NCBI GenBank assembly: GCA_013416795.1
Contig: RQSC01000154.1
Coordinates: forward strand, 77,025 to 108,106
Source of the DNA: Prasinococcaceae sp. CCMP 1430
Lineage: Eukaryota; Plantae; Prasinodermophyta
Direction of reading: 5' to 3'
DNA length: 31,082 nt
Positions within the stretch are counted from its first letter, which is position 1. Every line of letters begins with the position of its first letter. Made by a program: the position numbers and the translations under genes. The notes below the pieces were generated by a model, which saw only the letters and a program-made list of their open reading frames with translations, ran no database searches and was not told the origin of the DNA. This document shows, piece by piece, positions 16,986 through 26,221 of the stretch.

Positions 16986-19900
16986 TCAGCTTGCGCCGGC
17001 CAACTCCCTCCCACCCGAGTCGCCCACTCCCGCTGCTGCGCCCATGGCGACGGCGACGGCGTTGGCGACCGCCGCGAGGCCCTGGGCGGGCGAGAGCAGG
17101 GCCTCTACTTGGCGCACAACGTCCAGGCTGAGCTCCTCCGTCTCGGACATCTGCTCAATCCCGGCCGCCTCGGCTCCCCCACCCTCATCACCGGCGGCCT
17201 CGTCCTCGTCCTCGCCTACGGCCGATGACTTATCATTGGCGAGGGCCGCCTTTTGAGGGAAGAGCGTCATGACGGCGCGTTGGAGCACCTCGAGCTGCCG
17301 GTCGCGCGGCGGGAGCGGCTCGCCTGCGGCCTGCGCGGCCTCGGCCGCGAGGCGCAGGTCGGTGGCGGCACGCCTCGCTTCGCTCAACGCTCGCGCTTTG
17401 ACGCACGTGCTGCCGCGCAGCACGCGCGCCTCGCTGAGCTTGCCGTCGCAATCGCCGTCCCCAGGCGCCACGATGACGTACACGGCGCGCAGCGTGCCTC
17501 CGGCGCCCTCAAGCCACTGCACGCACACGAGGTTGTCCGCCAGCAGCTCCGCCGCGGCACCGGCGTCAGCGAAGCTCGGCAGCGGTACCTCCGCGAAGCA
17601 ACACTGGCTGGCGTATGGCTCGCACGACTTGATGAGGAAAGAGTGCAGCGCGACGGCCTTCCTCCGCGCGGAGCCGTCGAGCCCCGTGACAATTCCCCCG
17701 GCCTTGAGCACAGCCCGTCCGCCCGCGCGCAGCAGCAGCCTAGGCAGCTGCGAGTCGCTCGCGGCGGCAGGTGCCGGGCCGCTCGAGGCCGCCCTTAGGG
17801 CGGCATACTCCTCAGACTCGCGCGCCTCGGCGAGCGCCCACGAAGGAGCCTGCGAGATCGCAGAGGTCCCCATCCCGGCCGCAATCGCATCGCTGGCGCC
17901 GAGAAAGCTACGGCCCATCGCCACAGCCCGCTCCGCGGCCTTCAGGCAGCTCGCAGCGCGGCCGACAGCGTCCATCCACGAATCGCCGGTGCTCGTTGCC
18001 GGCAGATTCCCACGCTCGCCATCGCACAGAAGCGCAAGGGCGAGCTGGACGAGCGCCGAGCGTAAGAGGTCACGGTCGTTGCCGCCGTCGCTCACGGTGA
18101 TACGGACCGCCGCCGAGAGGTGGCGCGCCGCGCCCTTGGCGTCGCCGACACCAGCTTCGCCGCTCAGCTGGAGCTTGGCCGCGCCGAGCGCTGCGTACGC
18201 AGACGCCGCGAGGGCGGGGTCCACCTGCGCGGGGTACGTGCGCGCGAGCGCGCACGCGCGTTCTCCAGCAGCGCACGCCACCTCAGCGAAGCCACCGCCG
18301 CCGGTGCCGCCCGAGGCGCTCGCGTTGACGAGCAGGCACGTCTTCGCGTGAAGCACGTGCGCGGTGGCGAGCATTTCGACTCCCGGGACGCACGCGCGGC
18401 GCAGCACGAGGTGCGTGTCCGAGTCGCGCAGGGCAAGCCCTTCGCAGAGCTCCTCCATTTCCTCGACTGCGCGGCGCGCGGCGGCTGTGGCGGCGTGTGC
18501 GTCGCCCAGATCGACGTGCATCGCGGCCATCCGTAGCAGGCAGCGCGTACGAGGGGCGCCAGGGTTGCCCATGCGGTCGTGCGCGGCTCGCACGTTGCGT
18601 AGAAGCTCGATGGCCGCTTCGATGTCGCCGTCGGCCAGCGCGAGATGCGCCTGGATCTCGGTGATTGCGGCAGCACTGCGATCGGCGCGCGCTTTCGAGG
18701 CGGCCACCAGCGCGCGTTCGCACGCCTCGCGTGCTTCGACGCGCCGTCCGAGCTGCTCGAGTGACTCGCACAGCAGCCGGTCGCAGGCGAGCTCGAACGC
18801 CGTCCCAAGAGACTGCCCGGCGCTTTGGGGGGTCGCCGAGAGTGCCAGGCGCGCCTCGCGTGCGCACTGCAGTGCCGCAGGCGCATCGAGCTGCGCCCGG
18901 TGCACGTGTGACAGCACCAACGCACCCCACGCCTTGACCTCCCACGCGTAGGAGCCCTCCTGCTCAAGATCACTCTGGCCCGTCGTCGGGCGTTCGGTGG
19001 CACCCTCAGCCGCGGCGTGGCGCGAGAGTGTCTCGTCCGCCTCGCTCTTCAGCGCGTTCACGAGCTGCTTGGCGGCGTCGAACAGTTGGTTCTGCTCGGG
19101 AGAGACCACCAAGGCCGGCGCATCCGCCTGCAGCCCGTCCTCGGAGGCGGGATCAGTCACGGCCCAGGTGCGCGCGGTCGTGCCGGCGACCAGAAGCCAG
19201 CGCGCGCGCGCGAACTGGATGTTGGCGGTGACGCGCGCACCGTACGCTTCGCGCACGGCCACGGGGATCTCAGCCTCGGCCACGAACTTGGTTATGGCGG
19301 CGTTGTGTGGATGGTCTGCGCCGCAGTCATCCCGGTAGGGCGAGGGCCGCCCCAGGCCCGTGGTGGCAGGCAATGCGGCAATGCCCCGGCTGCCCGGCAT
19401 GGGGCCGCGCCACGGCACATCATCGCCATGGACGAGCGCGACGAGCACGGCGGAGGCTGACGCGATCCGCCCCAGCAGGCAAAGAGCGCGCACGCGCATG
19501 GCGCGCGCGGAGGCTGTGCCACCCGCCTCGCGGGCGCGGAAGCGGAACAGGTGCTCGAGCATCGACAGCACGGGCAGCGCCGCCAGCGCGTCGCTGGCGG
19601 GCTCGCCCTGAGCGATGTGTTCCGCGCTGATCTCGTCCCCGGATTTGAGCAGCACCTCAGCAGTCACGCGAAGCGCATGAATGAGTTTGCTCGCACAGCA
19701 CAGGTACGGGTCATCCAGCACGTCAACGTTCTCCCAGAGCTCGACAGGCACGTAGTCAGCGAAGTCGATCAGGCGCTGTGGGTGCACGATCGAGCACTCG
19801 AACGTGGCGGCCACGAGCGCGGCCGCGAACTCGCAGCACCGCCGCTTGCCTTCGATGTCGTTCGCGTACGTTGACTCGCCAACCTTGACGAGGATGCAGA

Positions 19901-22900
19901 CGCTCATCAGGCAACCGTGTAGACCGAGCGCCCTTATGGGCGATGCGCCCAGCGCACGCAGTGTCGCGCGCCAGTCCTTCGTCGCGTGATAAGAACCGAA
20001 GAGCGCGTCAATGGCGTCGCTCCAGGCCACTGCGGCTGACGCGTGGTCGCCCAGGGACGCATGCACGTCGCCCAATTCGTGCAGAGCCTGCACGTGCAGC
20101 AGGCGCGCGTCCTTGCCAGTTCGCAGCCGCAACATTTCGACGGCCTTGCCGTAGGCGGCCACAGCGGCATGCACATGGCCACCGCCGTGGCCACGAGCGG
20201 ACCCGCGGCTGAGTGGGCGGGCGGTTTGCGCGGCGCCGTGGCCCTCGGCGGCGCCGCCGCTGCCATCCGTGTCCTTCTCTGCGGCACAGTGCTGCGCCCA
20301 CAACGCGCGGCAATCGTCCAGCGCCGAGACGGCGAGGTTTTTGTCGCGGCGCAGCTGCTCCGTGCGCTTGCGCACGCGGTTTCTTGCTGCTGAGTCGCCG
20401 CTCGCCTCGGCGGCCTCCATCGCTAAAGGGAGGCTCTTGTCGGCGTACGCGTCGTCCGTGAGAGCATTAAAGCTTTGCGCCACGCTGATGCAGCCGTGCC
20501 ACATGCCCGCGTCGAGGATGCGGCGCAGGCACTGCATGGTGAACGCGCACGCCCACTTCATGTGGCCGGCAGCGAAGTGATCCTTGAACCAAGGCTCTGT
20601 GGGCGGTGCGTCTGACGCCGCGCTGAACGCGGTGGCCGGGCGCCCATCTGCGCCGTGTACTTTGTGCGAGCGCAGGCCCTCCATCTGTGCGAGCAGTGAC
20701 TCTGACGCCACCTCGAGTGCGCGACCGAGCTTGCGCGCCTCGTGAGGCGCCGCGCCATCCGCGAAGAGTTCGCGCAACACATCGGTGAGCGCACGTGCCG
20801 CCCACGCCGCCTCCGAGCTCACGAGGATATGTGTGCGGTAAGCAAGCACGCACGTTCGGCACATACGCAGCGCCAGCTGCAACTCCGGGCTGGGTTCTTT
20901 GGACTTCAAGTCGGCCTCGTCGCCGCCAGTGGCAGCGTCGTCGCCTCCCTCGCTGATCTTGGCAGCTTCGGCGTCGGACACGAGCATGAAGGACGGCCCG
21001 CCGTTGACTTCGGCCGCCTCGAGGCACAATTCCATCTCACATGAGGAACGTAGCAGCTCCACGCGCACTCGCCATGTGTTGAAGTGTTTCATGCGCTCTA
21101 GGCGCGCAAACATCTCGCGACGCCTGCGCAAGCGCGCACGCAGGCCGCGCTGGATGATAACAGCTGCTGCCTCCTGCTGCGTTGCTTCATCCTTCGCAAC
21201 TGCAGCGGCGTCAGCATCCATTGCAACGCCGGGCCCACCAGTGCCATCACCATCGCCCTCGACGGCCTCGTGAGCCGCTGCAGCCGCCTCGGCATCGGCG
21301 GCCTCCCGAGCGGCGACCAGCTCGGCGTACTTCTGTGCGCGAGCAGCCTCGTCCGCCTCAGCCGCAGCGGCAGCCGTATCGTTGATTTGCTTCTCGTCGG
21401 CGACGACCATGCCAACCGTCTCCTCGATCCATCCTTGGACCTCTGTGAGCCGACCCTCTCGTACGCCCTGCGCGACGACGCTGTGCAGTGCCTCGAGGGT
21501 GCGAGGGCACAGCGGCGCCGCCAAGAGCACACCGCGCGCAGCCTCCGCGCCTGCTTTCGTGAGCGTGGCATTGATCTTTGCGATGAGTGCGTCGCCGCTC
21601 GCCTCATCAGGTGTGGGCGCGTCTGGGCTCTCAGTTGCAGTGGGTAGCACCGCGACGTACTCGTTCAGCGCCTTGACGGTGTCCACGGCCGTGTGCTGGC
21701 CGTCCTCGACGCCATCCGGAGGCTTTCTGAAGAGCGACGACTTGGTGATGGACGCATAAGATGCTACTGCGTCGGCTTCGCCAGCGGTACGGTAGATCTC
21801 GATGAGGTCGTACGCGGCTGCGGCCGCCGATGCGGCGACAGTCGAATGGCCGCGCTTGGACTGGATGCACCGCTGCAGAGCAATGTTCGCGCGGCCGAGG
21901 GGCTTCGCCAGCCAATTCGCCCGGTGGCGCAGGGTGCGCAGCGGAGCAAGCGTATCGTGTACGCGCAGCCCAGCCTCTTCGATGAGACGCTCGTCGCCCA
22001 CAGCTGCCGCCACCTCGAGAGCCATCAAGCGCAACTTGGCGCTGCGCAGCAGCCCCATATGCGCTTTGAAAGGCGGGAGGCGCACATTGGTGCTCGTGCC
22101 TGGGGTCCGGCCATCGCAGCCAGTCAGAGCCGCACTCTGCAGTAGCACATGCACCAGAGAGCGCAGCGTGGCAGCCGGGGCACTGGTTAGTGCCGCCGCG
22201 TTGATCTCAACCTCATCGGTGGGGTGCGCGTCCCACGGCGCGCTGAGGTCGTGCGATACCAGGAACTTTTCTGTCACCTGCGCGAAGGCGTCACGCGCGA
22301 TTGTAGTGGAGCCAACACGCGCAGCTGCGAGGCCAATCGACGACCACAGTGCCAGCGTGGGCAGAGGCAGGAGCGCGGGGACACCAACAGTACTCGCGCC
22401 GATGCCATCGCCAACCAGGCGCTTCGACTTGTCGTACGCGGCCACCGCAAACATGTACATCTCATTGGGACGCAGGCCATGCACCCGCACGGCGCTGTCC
22501 ACCGGTACGAGCTCGCCACACCCAGCGAGGCCGGAGTCGTTCAGGCTGACGCCGAGACCGCTGCCGAGCGGCTTGGCATACACGGCGTAGTACGTCACCT
22601 CCCCCTGCGACTTGAGGTTGAAGGCAGGCGCGCCAACCACGACGGCACCGGCTGTGCGCGCGACAACACGCGGCGCAGCAGGTACGCGGCCGCGGGGTGT
22701 GGTCTTCTGTGCTGCCGCTGTCCGAATCGCCTCCTCCGCATCGCTGGCCTCCCGCGCTTTAGCGCATGCCTGCGAGAGCAGCTGACCCGCGCGCCCCGCA
22801 TCGTGGGGGAAAAGGCTCGCCATTTCCACCAGCAGCATCGCGTGCTCGTATGGGTTTTTGTTCACCACGTTTGCAAGGCGGCGCTCCTCCTTCGCGGGGT

Positions 22901-25271
22901 GCTCTGGCACTCGCCGCGCCTCGGAGAGCCGCTTAGCGTTCGCGGTCATCTGCAGCCCGAGCAAACCTCCATAAGCCTTGGCCTGCTCTTCTTGCTTGGA
23001 CACCTCACGCTCCACGCGCATCCGGCGCGTGCGGGCTTTGGCCAGGTCACTCCCCAGGCTCCCGCGAAGGGCGCCGCGGAAGCGAAGCGTAGTCAGGTCC
23101 GCCTGAAGACCAGCGAGCGCCGACTCGTTGCTCTCGGTGTCGTTAGCCGCCGCAAAAGCTGCGCCACCGCTGCCGCCGGTCATTGCTGAGCGCTCCGCCT
23201 CCTCGCCGCGGACTTGAATGACGTGGTCAAGCGCCTGGATGGCCACCTCTTCGCATCGGCGGTGGTCCTTCAGGCCATCGAGAAGCACGCACAACGCTGC
23301 GGCCACACGAGCTCGCGCGACAGCATCATCAGCGCGCACTGCTTGCAAAACCTCGTGGAGGGTGCCTAGGGCGCTCACCGCTGCCAGCGCGTCCCCTGCA
23401 GCGGATTCAGACCCATCGCCAGGGGCGGCGGTGGCAGTGTTTGGCGGGGGGGGCACCGCGCTCAAGGCGGCACCCGCGAGCTCCCACACACGCATGGCCA
23501 GATCCGCCGCGAGGTCCGGAGCGCGGCCGAGCACCTCTCTCTCTGCAGCGCTCGATTCTAGCACCGCAAGCGCTGTGGCCACGGCATCGTCGAGCTGCTT
23601 TCCCCCTCCGCATGTCCAAGGCATGGAACCCACACCCTCGGCGGGCGCAGCCGCGGCCACGTCGAGCGCGCGCAGTGCGCGAACCATGTGCAGCTCGTGC
23701 TCAGCCTGTGCGGACGTCATCTGGCCCTTGGGGTCGGCATCGCATGCCAGAGCTGCTGCTGCGCGCCGTTCGCTCAACGCCAAAGCGCGCTCCAGCAGCT
23801 CGTGGCGCTCGTACTGGTACGCACATCGCACGAAGCCAACGAGCAGGTCGAGCGGCACGCTGACCGCACACGCCGACGCCGCCTCGGCTGCTGCGGCCAT
23901 ATCCGCGGCAGCAGCTTCAGCGGCTTCGGTCGTCTTGGCGTTGAGCTCTTCTTCGGCGGTCAGCGCTGCCTCGGATGTCTCCCCCTCCGCACGTGCAGCG
24001 GCGGCGCTCTCTTTGACTCCGGCAGCGGCGGCAGCGGTGGCCGCAGCTCGCGCACTTTCGCCCTCATCCAGCTTGGCGACCATGTCCTGAAGTGTCGGCT
24101 CGATGAGCGACCACATGGCGTCAAACAGTGCGACTTGCGCTGGGACGGCCTCGCTGTGGTTCCCGGGGCGCTCGACGTTGCCACTCGCGCGCAGCGCCTC
24201 CACAGCGGCCTGCAGCTTGCTTTCGATGTTGTTGAAGGCGCCGAGCGCTGCTTCTGCGTCGAACGTGGCGTCAGAGCCGTCCGCCAGCGCCGCGTCATAC
24301 TTCAGCACGAGCATGTTGATGGCCATCAGAGCACGCGCGTACGCAGCCTCGCTCTCAACGGGCAGCGCGATAGGCTCGAGCTTCTCGAGCGCATAGAGCT
24401 GCTCCATCTCGCCGAGGCCACGCCTGGCGAAGGCAAGAGCGAGTGATCGCTTGCCTGCGTCGGCGTACGCCTCGCACGCGAGCGCGATGAGCTCGCAGCG
24501 CCACGCAAAGTGACGGGGCAAGCACAATGGCAGCAATTTCTCAAATGCGAGCGAGGCGAAGAGCAGGCTCTCGAGCGCGAGCGCGCCCAGGCCAGCCGCC
24601 ATGAGCGGCGCCGCGAGCGTCGCCATGTGCACCGACCCATCGTGCACGAGCCAATACAATTCGTCTTCGGGGAGCGACAGCTCGATACCGCGCCGCACCA
24701 GCGCCATCGCCGCGAGGAGGCGCTTTGGGGTTTCTTGCAGCGCGCATGTGCCGTCGGCCTCGACCGCCAGCGCGTGCTCGCAGCGCGCCACGCCGAATGA
24801 TGCTTGCACCTCGAGTGCAACGAGCTCGGCACGCGTGGTTGCGCCAGCCGCCCCCGCGCCGAGCAGGTCCATATCGAGGCAGCGGCGATAGCACTCCGTC
24901 AGTGCCAGCCGATGCTCGCCGCAGCGGATGAGCCCGCTGCCCAGCGAGAGTAACGCAGCGGCCGCCGCCGCGACCGGCAGGCGCGCAACATGATGTGCGA
25001 CGCAATCGGCGAGCTTGCCTCGCAGCTGCCACAGGCGCTCGCACGCAACCCGCACGCGCTCGTCCTCGCTCTGGGTGGGGACTGGAAGCGTCATCGTCGC
25101 CGCCACGGCGGCGGCGGCAGCTGATTCCACCGAATCTGCCGCGCGTGTGCCCGCGTCCCGCTCGCCCCACCCGCCACCTTTCTCGCGCTTGTGCGCTGCG
25201 AGCGCGCGCATCGCCTTGCCGGCCTCTTGGTCGAACGCGCGGCGCCACGCGGCGGACGCGCCGGCCGCCAT
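16986..25271 (-). CDS. CFAP54: Cilia- and flagella-associated protein 54 (central-pair C1d projection), about 2760 aa, apparently one long exon; may have an extra 3' exon
   Basis: The N-terminal region LLSLGSGLIRCGEHRLALTECYRRC...LPEDELYWLVHDGSVH...LLFAS...LLPL...FAWRCEL..LACEAY matches my recollection of the CFAP54_N family. There is also an Fn3-like YAVYAK...GLRPNEMYMFAVAAYD segment. ATG 25271 is the first plausible start. Confidence 0.85.
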   Translation of the reverse strand: MAAGASAAWRRAFDQEAGKAMRALAAHKREKGGGWGERDAGTRAADSVESAAAAAVAATMTLPVPTQSEDERVRVACERLWQLRGKLADCVAHHVARLPVAAAAAALLSLGSGLIRCGEHRLALTECYRRCLDMDLLGAGAAGATTRAELVALEVQASFGVARCEHALAVEADGTCALQETPKRLLAAMALVRRGIELSLPEDELYWLVHDGSVHMATLAAPLMAAGLGALALESLLFASLAFEKLLPLCLPRHFAWRCELIALACEAYADAGKRSLALAFARRGLGEMEQLYALEKLEPIALPVESEAAYARALMAINMLVLKYDAALADGSDATFDAEAALGAFNNIESKLQAAVEALRASGNVERPGNHSEAVPAQVALFDAMWSLIEPTLQDMVAKLDEGESARAAATAAAAAGVKESAAAARAEGETSEAALTAEEELNAKTTEAAEAAAADMAAAAEAASACAVSVPLDLLVGFVRCAYQYERHELLERALALSERRAAAALACDADPKGQMTSAQAEHELHMVRALRALDVAAAAPAEGVGSMPWTCGGGKQLDDAVATALAVLESSAAEREVLGRAPDLAADLAMRVWELAGAALSAVPPPPNTATAAPGDGSESAAGDALAAVSALGTLHEVLQAVRADDAVARARVAAALCVLLDGLKDHRRCEEVAIQALDHVIQVRGEEAERSAMTGGSGGAAFAAANDTESNESALAGLQADLTTLRFRGALRGSLGSDLAKARTRRMRVEREVSKQEEQAKAYGGLLGLQMTANAKRLSEARRVPEHPAKEERRLANVVNKNPYEHAMLLVEMASLFPHDAGRAGQLLSQACAKAREASDAEEAIRTAAAQKTTPRGRVPAAPRVVARTAGAVVVGAPAFNLKSQGEVTYYAVYAKPLGSGLGVSLNDSGLAGCGELVPVDSAVRVHGLRPNEMYMFAVAAYDKSKRLVGDGIGASTVGVPALLPLPTLALWSSIGLAAARVGSTTIARDAFAQVTEKFLVSHDLSAPWDAHPTDEVEINAAALTSAPAATLRSLVHVLLQSAALTGCDGRTPGTSTNVRLPPFKAHMGLLRSAKLRLMALEVAAAVGDERLIEEAGLRVHDTLAPLRTLRHRANWLAKPLGRANIALQRCIQSKRGHSTVAASAAAAAYDLIEIYRTAGEADAVASYASITKSSLFRKPPDGVEDGQHTAVDTVKALNEYVAVLPTATESPDAPTPDEASGDALIAKINATLTKAGAEAARGVLLAAPLCPRTLEALHSVVAQGVREGRLTEVQGWIEETVGMVVADEKQINDTAAAAAEADEAARAQKYAELVAAREAADAEAAAAAHEAVEGDGDGTGGPGVAMDADAAAVAKDEATQQEAAAVIIQRGLRARLRRRREMFARLERMKHFNTWRVRVELLRSSCEMELCLEAAEVNGGPSFMLVSDAEAAKISEGGDDAATGGDEADLKSKEPSPELQLALRMCRTCVLAYRTHILVSSEAAWAARALTDVLRELFADGAAPHEARKLGRALEVASESLLAQMEGLRSHKVHGADGRPATAFSAASDAPPTEPWFKDHFAAGHMKWACAFTMQCLRRILDAGMWHGCISVAQSFNALTDDAYADKSLPLAMEAAEASGDSAARNRVRKRTEQLRRDKNLAVSALDDCRALWAQHCAAEKDTDGSGGAAEGHGAAQTARPLSRGSARGHGGGHVHAAVAAYGKAVEMLRLRTGKDARLLHVQALHELGDVHASLGDHASAAVAWSDAIDALFGSYHATKDWRATLRALGASPIRALGLHGCLMSVCILVKVGESTYANDIEGKRRCCEFAAALVAATFECSIVHPQRLIDFADYVPVELWENVDVLDDPYLCCASKLIHALRVTAEVLLKSGDEISAEHIAQGEPASDALAALPVLSMLEHLFRFRAREAGGTASARAMRVRALCLLGRIASASAVLVALVHGDDVPWRGPMPGSRGIAALPATTGLGRPSPYRDDCGADHPHNAAITKFVAEAEIPVAVREAYGARVTANIQFARARWLLVAGTTARTWAVTDPASEDGLQADAPALVVSPEQNQLFDAAKQLVNALKSEADETLSRHAAAEGATERPTTGQSDLEQEGSYAWEVKAWGALVLSHVHRAQLDAPAALQCAREARLALSATPQSAGQSLGTAFELACDRLLCESLEQLGRRVEAREACERALVAASKARADRSAAAITEIQAHLALADGDIEAAIELLRNVRAAHDRMGNPGAPRTRCLLRMAAMHVDLGDAHAATAAARRAVEEMEELCEGLALRDSDTHLVLRRACVPGVEMLATAHVLHAKTCLLVNASASGGTGGGGFAEVACAAGERACALARTYPAQVDPALAASAYAALGAAKLQLSGEAGVGDAKGAARHLSAAVRITVSDGGNDRDLLRSALVQLALALLCDGERGNLPATSTGDSWMDAVGRAASCLKAAERAVAMGRSFLGASDAIAAGMGTSAISQAPSWALAEARESEEYAALRAASSGPAPAAASDSQLPRLLLRAGGRAVLKAGGIVTGLDGSARRKAVALHSFLIKSCEPYASQCCFAEVPLPSFADAGAAAELLADNLVCVQWLEGAGGTLRAVYVIVAPGDGDCDGKLSEARVLRGSTCVKARALSEARRAATDLRLAAEAAQAAGEPLPPRDRQLEVLQRAVMTLFPQKAALANDKSSAVGEDEDEAAGDEGGGAEAAGIEQMSETEELSLDVVRQVEALLSPAQGLAAVANAVAVAMGAAAGVGDSGGRELAGAS

Positions 25272-26221
25272 CGCGCTGGCCGCCGGCTGAGCGGAACGGC
25301 TGAGCGGGACGGCGGCGGTCGGGGAGCGTCGCCACTCGATCACGCGCACCGGTCTCAGCCCGGAGGAGGAAAAGCAGGAGGGGTGGCATGCGACGAGATA
25401 TGTATGGCTGCGGGCAGTGGCGGAGGCGTGCGGACGCCGTCGTGGAGCAGTTGTCCACCATGAAGGCGACGCCGCGCGCGTGGCGCAGCCCCGCGCGCCG
25501 CGCCGACACCAAACCGCGCCGTACAAATGCCGCGCCTTCCCGATGAAGCATCCAATCCGTATCAAAATACGAGTTATTCTTCGCATGAACGCGGATATTT
25601 TCCCCTAACGTCGCTCAATTGGGGACCTTCCGTGAAATTCCCGCGATGGGGTGCCGGGCCGGGCGGTCGTGTGGCGCCCGCGTGGCCCCGCGGAACATCC
25701 CCGTTTTCCCGCCTTTTTCCGAAACCCCACCCTGCGCTGCGCCGGCAAACCCGGTCAAACTACCATCAAATGAAACATAGTATAGACCCTATGTTGGAGC
25801 GCACCGCAACAGAATATTCTCGCGGGAGCTGGCGCGCGCACGTGTGCGCCTGCTGGACGGGCTCGGCCGCCGGGGTTGGGGCCACGCGCGGGCGCACGAG
25901 GTGCTCCCCGGCTGGCGCCGGCTCGGAGGGGCGTGGGCGTGCCCCGCCGCGGATGGTCTTTGTGGCGCCCACCGCCGGGGACCGGCCTGCCTCCATGCCT
26001 GACTACTGATCGGCTGACTGAGTGCTGACTGACTGAGTGACGCCGTGCGGTGGCGGGAGGTCTCGTCGGCTTCCCATGAATCGCCGGGCAAAGCCCTGCC
26101 CCTCCGCCGCGCCACCGGTCCGCGCCGCGTGTCACGTGTGGCCGGCGCAGACCCAGCCGGGCGCGCGCTCGCCTCGTGGCGGTTAGCAGCGTGGCCCCAG
26201 CAAGCGCCTAGCAGGCGCGCG

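Noticed and set aside
25272-25586. 105-aa N-terminal extension of CFAP54 in the ORF track
   Set aside because: It runs through AT-richer, promoter-like sequence without coding bias. CFAP54-like sequence begins after ATG 25271.
25527-26135. Small ORFs in the CFAP54-CCDC39 spacer
   Set aside because: No motifs or codon bias. The region is better explained as shared promoter and UTRs.
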